Source of the DNA: a virus
Lineage: Duplodnaviria > Caudoviricetes
Reading direction: 5' to 3' (one strand)
Length of the DNA stretch: 25,079 bases
Virus record (IMG/VR): IMGVR_UViG_3300011335_000179
Coordinates: 1-25,079 of that record
The position numbers and the translations under genes were made by a program. Every line of letters starts with the position of its first letter. Position 1 is the first letter of the stretch. Positions 18,153-25,079 of this stretch are shown one piece after another. The notes beneath the pieces are model-generated. The model had not been told where the DNA came from. It did not search any database and was given only the letters and a program-made list of their open reading frames with translations.

Positions 18153-19045
18153 TTAAGAAAGCTTTCTAATTTTTTTAGCGTATCTTGCTTTGTTGCTAAC
18201 TTTGCTGATAGCGCAATTGCCTGTTCTGCAGCCATGATGATTTGCCGGTCATCACTCATGCCTTCAATCTCACGCAAGGTGTAACTATATGCAGTGCTTA
18301 TAACTGCAAGTTCTTTGGGGTCACCACCTAAGATTGCACCGGCCTGTGCTGCATGTAAGTACCTAATACGCCACCAGCCACAGCCGGCATGTGCATAGGT
18401 TGGGCACAAGATGCCTTTGTACTCACCGTATTCCCAGACAATGTCACTTTCAAGCATGCGTGGCTGGCCTAACGCCTTGCCACCAATGCTGTGTACTGGC
18501 CAACTAAGGTTTTGATTTGTTGCCCATTCATGCGCTTCAGTTGATAGTGATGCGTTGTACCACTCAGTCTTACGACGAGGCCAAGCCATTTGATGGCATG
18601 CAGGCTGCTCATACAAAGGTGATGGATCCCATTGCAAAATGACATCTACATCAAGCCCCATCTTCTTGGTGTCACCCCAAGGAAAAAGCGGAGCAATCCA
18701 CTTATGCTCACGTAAATCACTTGGAGGTATAACATCACTCCATGAATCAAAGATTTTTTGGAATGACCAGTCATCAAGACAAATGTATGCTGTCATGCAT
18801 TCTTTTAGAACACGTTTAGCACCTTCAGGGTGGACTGCGTTTTTATCTAATGGGTAGACATACAGGAAAACTGCGTCATACTTACGTAGATCAGTATCTT
18901 CAGTTACAGCTATGTGATCTACATCATGGCCTTGGCTAAGGTATGCTTCACGCATTAGCTCGGGTATGGAGACAAACTTGGTTGAGCTTGCTCTTTGAGG
19001 ATGATTTGTATGCGTCTCGGTAACGCCCGTAATGAGAATTTTCAT
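18149..19045 (-). CDS. Putative GT-B fold (phage beta-glucosyltransferase-like) DNA glycosyltransferase
   Basis: Start MKILITG after GAAAGGA RBS. GHDVDH...YDAVFL, CLDDW and GWWRIRYLHAAQAGAIL patterns; adjacent to the kinase and TS homolog. Confidence 0.55.
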   Translation of the reverse strand: MKILITGVTETHTNHPQRASSTKFVSIPELMREAYLSQGHDVDHIAVTEDTDLRKYDAVFLYVYPLDKNAVHPEGAKRVLKECMTAYICLDDWSFQKIFDSWSDVIPPSDLREHKWIAPLFPWGDTKKMGLDVDVILQWDPSPLYEQPACHQMAWPRRKTEWYNASLSTEAHEWATNQNLSWPVHSIGGKALGQPRMLESDIVWEYGEYKGILCPTYAHAGCGWWRIRYLHAAQAGAILGGDPKELAVISTAYSYTLREIEGMSDDRQIIMAAEQAIALSAKLATKQDTLKKLESFLK

Positions 19046-19056
19046 ATGTATTCCTT

Positions 19057-20460
19057 TCAATTATCAACAAGCGCCATTGTACCACGGTTGACATAGTCAC
19101 GGACCGCATTCACTAGTTTTTGTTGTGTTTTGTCTTTTCGCTTGACTGCAGAAAGAATTGCCTCATCAACAGTGTCACGCGCTATGATGTGATGAACCAC
19201 AATGTGATTCTTTTGACCTTGGCGCCAGAGTCTGCGAATGAACTGTTCGTAGATTTCAAGTGACCAAGTTAATGAGTACCATATGACTGCATGGCCTGAG
19301 CCTTGTAAGTTAAGCCCATGGCCTGCAGACATTGGATGTGCTAACAATACTTGTATGTTGCCCGCATTCCAGTCATTGAGGATTTTATCGAGTTTATTGC
19401 CTATCACACCACTGCCAATGATTGGTGCACTTGGAAATGCTTTTTTCAGCCTTTCCAAGTCATGCGCAAAATGGTACCCAATAATGCAAGGCTGACCTGA
19501 AAGCTCTTCAACCAATTCCAATGCGGCATCAGTTTTGCCGTCATGTAAATGCATTGTGATTCTTCCATTGCCAGTGCCATCATCATCTAAATAGGAACCA
19601 CCATTAGCTATTTGCTGACCCTTCATAACTGCAATGGCGGCATTGGCAGCCGTAATGTTGCCTGAAGCCATTTCAATAGTAAGGTCATTTTCAAAGGTCG
19701 TGTAGATCTTTTTTGCAACAGGTGGTAGATCTATATATACGTTGTTGTAAGTAAGTTCTGGAAGGTCTAGATGGTCAAGCGCCGCCATTCGTAGTACCTT
19801 ATCTTCCAACTTTTCATAGATTCTTTGCTCACCATCAGGCTGTAGCTTCCATTCATAGCCACCATAACCTGAAGGGTAGAAGTATTCTTGTTTGAATCGT
19901 GTTACAAAAGGCCCAAACGTTGCGCCTTGGTCAATGATGAATTGCGGCCCAAAGATGTCAAGCAGGCTGTTAGGCGCAGGTGAGCCTGTTAAAGCCCAAC
20001 GACGATCAAACTTATTTAGCAAAGGCTTAAGGCACTTAAACCGTTGTGTGCCAGTATTCTTCATGTAACTGATTTCATCAATCACCAATGTATCAAATGG
20101 CCAAGACTTACCGTTGAACTGCGCAGCTAGCCATTGCAAGCCTTCATAGTTCATAACGTAGATGTCGTGGTTTTGCTTAAGCACTTTGTTCTTATGCCCA
20201 CCATGCAAGATGCCTACAGAATAATCTGCAAACTGATCCCACTTACTAACCTCGGCAGGCCATACGCCATGCACAGGGCGTAAAGGCGCAATCACCAGCA
20301 TCTTCTTGGCAATACTCTTTAATCGCAATGTACGATATGCTGAAAGCACAATGGCAGTTTTACCAAGGCCCGGGTCAAGCCAAAGTGCGCCTGAGCCATG
20401 TGAAAGCAAAAACTTTACAGCTTCTTTTTGATACTCATGCGGTTCCCAATACACGATCAA
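19057..20460 (-). CDS. SNF2-family helicase
   Basis: HEYQ, DPGLGKT, VIDEIS, LTGSP, SAGHGLNLQ and RRLWRQGQ motifs. Confidence 0.92.
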   Translation of the reverse strand: MIVYWEPHEYQKEAVKFLLSHGSGALWLDPGLGKTAIVLSAYRTLRLKSIAKKMLVIAPLRPVHGVWPAEVSKWDQFADYSVGILHGGHKNKVLKQNHDIYVMNYEGLQWLAAQFNGKSWPFDTLVIDEISYMKNTGTQRFKCLKPLLNKFDRRWALTGSPAPNSLLDIFGPQFIIDQGATFGPFVTRFKQEYFYPSGYGGYEWKLQPDGEQRIYEKLEDKVLRMAALDHLDLPELTYNNVYIDLPPVAKKIYTTFENDLTIEMASGNITAANAAIAVMKGQQIANGGSYLDDDGTGNGRITMHLHDGKTDAALELVEELSGQPCIIGYHFAHDLERLKKAFPSAPIIGSGVIGNKLDKILNDWNAGNIQVLLAHPMSAGHGLNLQGSGHAVIWYSLTWSLEIYEQFIRRLWRQGQKNHIVVHHIIARDTVDEAILSAVKRKDKTQQKLVNAVRDYVNRGTMALVDN

Positions 20461-20722
20461 TCCCTTCTTTTGAATCTAACACATGAACTTTATGTCCAAG
20501 CTTACCAAGATCATTATGCACCTTGGCTTGAATAGGTGCTACCTTACCGCCGGGGCGCTTTAGTTCTACCCATAGCACCTCGCCATTTTCCAATGGCACA
20601 ATACGATCAGGCCAACCACGAGCAAACCTAACATGCAATTTTAGTGTAAGTAGGCCATGCTTTTTACATTGCGCTGAAAAATAATGCTCAAGGTCGCGTT
20701 CAAGAAGCACTTTAGTTGCCAT
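20435..20722 (-). CDS. VRR-NUC domain nuclease
   Basis: LERDLE, GWPDRI, WVELKRPGG and Q...H..L..LGH motifs. Likely start MATKVLL at 20722. Confidence 0.88.
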   Translation of the reverse strand: MATKVLLERDLEHYFSAQCKKHGLLTLKLHVRFARGWPDRIVPLENGEVLWVELKRPGGKVAPIQAKVHNDLGKLGHKVHVLDSKEGIDRVLGTA

Positions 20723-21131
20723 AATTCTTTTCTTTAAGTTTGTTTTCAACTGCCACCATGAGCCGCTGCTTTGATTTCCATACGATCATTAATGCTTCAC
20801 GGTCACTGTCTGATAAGCCCACCCATTCAGGTGTTTGTGGCTTTATATACAGTGGAATTGATTCTTTAATCTTTTGTCTTTGTATGCCATCAATCCAACT
20901 TACGTCTTGACCATCAGTAAATGCTATAGGCACCGGCTTGTTGATGATGGGGTTCTTATCCAAAGCATCTGCATAGCCTTGTTGATAGGAGCTATCAAGT
21001 TCTTCTTGTATAACTTCCTTGACATTGCGTTCAGGCTTTTTAATTGCAAAGTACGCAATGCACAAAGGCTCAATGATAAATACAACTATTAGTAGCCAAA
21101 AGATGATGCGTTCAAACTTTTTCATTTGCAT
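20712..21131 (-). CDS. Hypothetical protein with N-terminal TM
   Basis: IIFWLLIVVFIIEPLCIAYFAI; C-terminal WVGLS...VENKLKEKN module. Confidence 0.65.
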   Translation of the reverse strand: MQMKKFERIIFWLLIVVFIIEPLCIAYFAIKKPERNVKEVIQEELDSSYQQGYADALDKNPIINKPVPIAFTDGQDVSWIDGIQRQKIKESIPLYIKPQTPEWVGLSDSDREALMIVWKSKQRLMVAVENKLKEKNYGN

Positions 21132-21336
21132 GCGTCCTTAATTCTAAAAGTTTCTCTTCAAGTCTACGAATGCGTTGACGGTTGTAGTCCACCACGCTAG
21201 TTGCGTACTCAAGCGACTTTTCAGCTTGCATCTTAGATAGATATGCATCACGCATCTCAATGTCAATAAGTTCTTCCAATGTTCTTGGTCGCAACATGTC
21301 TTTAAGAAATGCTACCCATGTTTCTCGTTTAGTCAT
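21112..21336 (-). CDS. Hypothetical protein
   Basis: 74 aa helical ORF overlapping both neighbours; GGAGA RBS. Confidence 0.65.
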   Translation of the reverse strand: MTKRETWVAFLKDMLRPRTLEELIDIEMRDAYLSKMQAEKSLEYATSVVDYNRQRIRRLEEKLLELRTHANEKV

Positions 21337-21611
21337 GTGTTCTTCTCCTTTAGTTTGGCTTCAATGGCGCGAACAAAACTACCAGTGTTGTGTGTTGCGC
21401 GTATCAGTTCAGATATTTCCTCATCCGTCAGCCCAATCCAAGGTTTTTCTAACTTTGATAATCGATCACCAAGCTCACGTATTAGCATCCGAGCTACAGT
21501 AAGTTCTTCTACATTTTTTAAATAGGTGTCTAGGCTCAAAGCACGTACATGATCTTGCTTGAGCTTTGCTTCCATTGCTATGCGTTCAAACTCTTCATCT
21601 TCTGGTGTCAT
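21333..21611 (-). CDS. Hypothetical protein
   Basis: MTPEDEEFERI...WIGLTDEEI...FVRAIEAKLKEKNT; ATGA-type coupling. Confidence 0.7.
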   Translation of the reverse strand: MTPEDEEFERIAMEAKLKQDHVRALSLDTYLKNVEELTVARMLIRELGDRLSKLEKPWIGLTDEEISELIRATHNTGSFVRAIEAKLKEKNT

Positions 21612-21802
21612 GGCTTACTCCTTGCTCTGATTTGTTCTGCAATTCCTTTTGGGCTACCTTGCCACGGTTCCTCACAAATCTTTGCACACGCCTCACGCTC
21701 GGCTTCTATCGCTGGTTTGAGCATATCTATCGCTGTTTCATGCAACTTTTGTTGTATTTCTAACATCTCTGTTAACTTGGCAATCTGTTCTTCATGTGTC
21801 AT
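21608..21802 (-). CDS. Hypothetical protein
   Basis: EAEREACAKICE...IAEQIRAR module; GGAG RBS. Confidence 0.7.
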   Translation of the reverse strand: MTHEEQIAKLTEMLEIQQKLHETAIDMLKPAIEAEREACAKICEEPWQGSPKGIAEQIRARSKP

Positions 21803-21805
21803 GGC

Positions 21806-22000
21806 TTACTCCTCAAAGTCTTCAAGTTGCTCTTCAATCATTGCTTTTTTGTCTTCAGCATACAAGTCGCCAAAGGGTATAAAGTGGTTTTCCTGACAAC
21901 AGCTAATTGCGCCACCCTTAGGTTGGCAACAATAGCAGCAATACGGGCCACTTTCTTTTAGCTCTTTAATGATCTCAGTTTTCATTTCATCTTTAGTCAT
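21806..22000 (-). CDS. Small Cys-rich hypothetical protein
   Basis: YCCYCC...SCCQENHF; AGGAG RBS. Confidence 0.7.
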   Translation of the reverse strand: MTKDEMKTEIIKELKESGPYCCYCCQPKGGAISCCQENHFIPFGDLYAEDKKAMIEEQLEDFEE

Positions 22001-22012
22001 ATAGTTCTCCTA

Positions 22013-22654
22013 TTACCATTGACAAGGGCCGCCGTTAGATTTGCGAAAGTGACACCATCTACAACCGTAGTCAGGCTTTGGCGCGTATACGTCATCATTC
22101 TCAATCTTGGTGATTCTGCTGATTAACAATGCTTTTAATTCGTCAAGCTGTTCACGAGTATATGTTTTAAGCTGTACGCGCTTTTTCAAATCGATGTAGC
22201 AAACCTCAGTTGATACGCTATCAATCTCAGGATAAGAAGCCAAAAGCACAGTGGCGTACAGCTTTAACTGGTCACCATAGTCACGTTCTTTGCCAGTTTT
22301 CCAGTCAAGCACATGCGCACGTTTTTCTTCAGTCTTAAAGTACGTAACATCATAGATACCTCGTACCCATGCATTGGCATCTTTAAAGCCACAAGGTTGC
22401 CAGTCTTTAGTCAATGCAAATTGAGCCTCGCTTTTTGCGCCATACATGATGAGCTCAGCAATGTAGTCATTCCAAAAAGCGTATGCGTCATTTAGCAATG
22501 GCAATGCCGTTAAGGCTTGTTCAAACTCGTAATGTATGTCCTTGCCACGTTGTGCAGCGTCGCCTGTAGGTTCTTGTCGATGCTCGATGCGAGTAAGTTT
22601 GTATTTGTATGGGCATTGCTCATACGATTTGATGCCCGAATTGCTATACGCCAC
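22013..22654 (-). CDS. PD-(D/E)XK exonuclease, Cas4/AddB-like
   Basis: SYEQCP, RGKDIH, RGIYD, VLDWKTGK, QLKLYA and CRWCHF...C (1+3 Cys Fe-S pattern). GTG start with GGAGG. Confidence 0.88.
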   Translation of the reverse strand: MAYSNSGIKSYEQCPYKYKLTRIEHRQEPTGDAAQRGKDIHYEFEQALTALPLLNDAYAFWNDYIAELIMYGAKSEAQFALTKDWQPCGFKDANAWVRGIYDVTYFKTEEKRAHVLDWKTGKERDYGDQLKLYATVLLASYPEIDSVSTEVCYIDLKKRVQLKTYTREQLDELKALLISRITKIENDDVYAPKPDYGCRWCHFRKSNGGPCQW

Positions 22655-22687
22655 AATGTGCCTCCGCTTCTTTATAGGTAATTGAAA

Positions 22688-23449
22688 TCATACATGCCTC
22701 ATGTGAATCATTGGTGTGCAATTGAAAAAGTTTTTATAAACAAAATGTTCTTTGCGATGCACAGCAAACATGTTCTTAGAACGTAAGTATGTGTAGAAGT
22801 TTTTCTTAATCTGCCTGTTGGTGTACACCGTATCATCAAAGCCTACGTACCTGTAAAAATGCCCCGGTGCTTTTACAGAAAAACTAGAATTTTCAACCAA
22901 ATACTTCATGTCACCAAGCTGATCAAACAAAGTATGCGGCTCAATAAAGTGTTCAAAGCATTCAAAGGCAAACACAGCATCTACGGGCACAGGCGTTTCA
23001 ACATGCTGAATGTTGTTTATCCCTATTAGCCCTAATAACCCAAACAATACTCTAGCTCTTTCAACTTGCGCAGGCGCAGTTTGATGATAGTAAATTGTTG
23101 AGTTAGGAAATGCTTTTGCAAGCACTACGCTAGAACGTCCATCACCACCATACAAGTCAAGTATAGTTTCAGGCACAATGTTTAAGTCATTAAAAAACTT
23201 TAAGGACGTCATCAAGTTGATTCGAGTGTAGTACTTAAAGCACACATCAAGATTGTTGATATACTTTGGGTGGTCATACACGCTAAAGTTGTAAGCAATA
23301 TCTTTAGGGTGCTCGGTTGAGCCAATGTGATGGTTAGCATACCAAATGTCATTAAGTATATCGTCAACCTCAAGCATTTCTGCTTTAGACTTTGTACATG
23401 CTTTTGCATATGCTGATGATTGACTTTTAGCGTCTTTGATGCAAATCAT
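22688..23449 (-). CDS. Class I SAM-dependent methyltransferase-like protein
   Basis: TILDLYGGDGRS (motif I-like) and DAVFAFECFEHFIEP. Confidence 0.65.
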   Translation of the reverse strand: MICIKDAKSQSSAYAKACTKSKAEMLEVDDILNDIWYANHHIGSTEHPKDIAYNFSVYDHPKYINNLDVCFKYYTRINLMTSLKFFNDLNIVPETILDLYGGDGRSSVVLAKAFPNSTIYYHQTAPAQVERARVLFGLLGLIGINNIQHVETPVPVDAVFAFECFEHFIEPHTLFDQLGDMKYLVENSSFSVKAPGHFYRYVGFDDTVYTNRQIKKNFYTYLRSKNMFAVHRKEHFVYKNFFNCTPMIHMRHV

Positions 23450-25079
23450 TTTGTGTCCTGATAGGTGTTGCCAATTTTGTAATCACTAACCATAGGTACA
23501 TCCATCGCCAAAGCATTGCACATAGACCATGTTAGCGTTTCAGCCTCACGTTCAATAAACTCCTCAGGTGCTGAGATGACCAGTTCATCATGCACACTAA
23601 GAAGTAGCCTACTACCTTTACGACGACTTTGGTATAGCAGCATGGCAGCCTTTGCCTGATCTGCCGCAGAGCCTTGAATCAAAAGGTTGACGCCTTTATA
23701 GTCAAACTCACGCAATCTACCGTTGATAATCTTAGGCGGTTCCATCTTTACCAAACGTCCTCCAAGCGTTTTTATGGGTTGGCCTAATTTATACCTAGTA
23801 CGCATGGTTGATTGCATCATCCTGAGGCCCGGAGCCACCGCAGATGTATATGCATCCATCAACGTTTTGGCCAAGGAATAATCCACCTCCAACATCTCAC
23901 TAATCTTTTGTGGACCAGCCCCATAGAGGATAGCAAAGGATACACCTTTGGAATAAGTACGTGATACTTCTTGATTGGCAGCCTCAGACATTAGCTTGGC
24001 AGCATAAGTATGCAAGTCTGCACGTGCATCTTCTTGGTACTGCTTCATAAGGTTACCACCTTCAAAGTGTGCAAAGATCCTGAGCTCTTGTGCATTGAAG
24101 TCACATGCCACCAGCTTATGGCCTTCATCAGGAAGAATGAAACTACGTATAAGTGGCAATGGCGCAATGTCTAAGTCTGTTGGAATGAGGATTTCATTTC
24201 TTCCCATTCCTGTGGTTGCTCCGGCAGCGACAATTTTCGGATAACGGACAGGCGCATTTTGAAAGTTGGGGGTAGAAGAAAGTCTGCCGGTACGTGTGCC
24301 GCCACGTTCACCTCGAACACTATTCCAGTTGGTGTAGATTCGACCTGTAGATGCAGAAGCTTCAAGCCAGGGCTCAATGAAAGTTGACAAACATGTTGAT
24401 AGGTTGGCTCTATATCGTAGGACACCTTTTAACTCCTCATGCGTAATTAGTTCATCCAAGGTTTCTTTGTCGGCTCTAGGCTGACCTTTGTCAGTTGTAG
24501 GCCACCCATTTGTTTTGTCCCAGTAATCGGTGAGATAAATACTATCGACCAGCTGTTTATCGCTGTCAATATTTATTTCAGGAGACTTCAATAATGCGCG
24601 TACCCAGACACTACATTTCTCAATATCTACTATTGCTTGCTGCTTGGCTTGTTGCAAACCTTCCCTATCCACACGTACACCTAGACGTGAATTTTCAAGC
24701 AACATGGGCATCAAAGCCATCTCACGTTGATAAGCCTCATCTTGTGCAGGCACCACATGCTCGTAAAGATGCGCAAAAAGCAAAGAAGTAAGCCTTACAT
24801 CAGCTGAAGCATAGCGACCTACAAGATCCACTGGGCCACGACAGATGTATGCACCCCAAGTGGTCTTTTTACGATGTGCTTCAGGCACGTTTGCAATAAT
24901 CCAGTCACGCAATTCATCACGCTCATCAGGCTTTGCAAGCCCATAGGTAGTTACCAATTCTTTTAACGAAAGAGATTGGACATGTGGGTCATGCAGGAAA
25001 GCAAGAATAAGAGTATCATGTATCCTGTATGGTTCAGGTAAAGGAAGATCAAGATGGGTTTCGGCAACATCAAGATCAA
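23446..25079 (-). CDS. polA: DNA polymerase family A with 3'-5' exonuclease domain (5' end outside window)
   Basis: Frame is open to the window edge (DLDVAE...IHDTLILAFL). TGRLSS, motif A CDFNAQELR, motif B RTYSKGVSFAILYG and motif C VHDE are present. Confidence 0.95.
   Translation of the reverse strand, partial: DLDVAETHLDLPLPEPYRIHDTLILAFLHDPHVQSLSLKELVTTYGLAKPDERDELRDWIIANVPEAHRKKTTWGAYICRGPVDLVGRYASADVRLTSLLFAHLYEHVVPAQDEAYQREMALMPMLLENSRLGVRVDREGLQQAKQQAIVDIEKCSVWVRALLKSPEINIDSDKQLVDSIYLTDYWDKTNGWPTTDKGQPRADKETLDELITHEELKGVLRYRANLSTCLSTFIEPWLEASASTGRIYTNWNSVRGERGGTRTGRLSSTPNFQNAPVRYPKIVAAGATTGMGRNEILIPTDLDIAPLPLIRSFILPDEGHKLVACDFNAQELRIFAHFEGGNLMKQYQEDARADLHTYAAKLMSEAANQEVSRTYSKGVSFAILYGAGPQKISEMLEVDYSLAKTLMDAYTSAVAPGLRMMQSTMRTRYKLGQPIKTLGGRLVKMEPPKIINGRLREFDYKGVNLLIQGSAADQAKAAMLLYQSRRKGSRLLLSVHDELVISAPEEFIEREAETLTWSMCNALAMDVPMVSDYKIGNTYQDTK

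Noticed and set aside
22013-22654. Cas4-like gene as evidence of CRISPR
   Set aside because: No repeat-spacer array or other cas genes are seen; solo Cas4-like exonucleases are common in phage replication modules.
1-25079. Stop-codon reassignment, introns/inteins, tRNAs, integrase
   Set aside because: Genes tile the window under the standard code, with TAA, TGA and TAG all used as stops. PolA, helicase and TS are uninterrupted, and no gap large enough for an RNA gene was seen.

Overview
This is a gene-dense fragment of a tailed dsDNA phage. It is most likely podovirus-like, and its gene families resemble those of freshwater phages of Betaproteobacteria (my inference). Two arms converge at about 15.4 kb. 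The + arm (1-15437) is late/structural: a Gly-rich fibre protein, a lysis cassette (putative holins and an M15 peptidase endolysin), adaptor/tail/nozzle proteins and four low-complexity internal virion (ejection) proteins. The - arm (15418-25079) is replication: family A DNA polymerase, a SAM-methyltransferase-like gene, a Cas4-like PD-(D/E)XK exonuclease, small hypotheticals, VRR-NUC, a SNF2 helicase and a base-modification trio (GT-B glycosyltransferase-like, dNMP kinase fused to a degenerate UDG-like domain, and a thymidylate synthase homolog with a dCMP-type Asp). The most striking element is an acyl carrier protein + beta-ketoacyl synthase + possible GNAT-like gene placed inside the tail operon, directly before an ejection protein that begins Met-Gly and carries TonB-box-like motifs. 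This suggests a phage-encoded virion-protein lipidation system. All calls come from reading motifs by eye; no searches were run.
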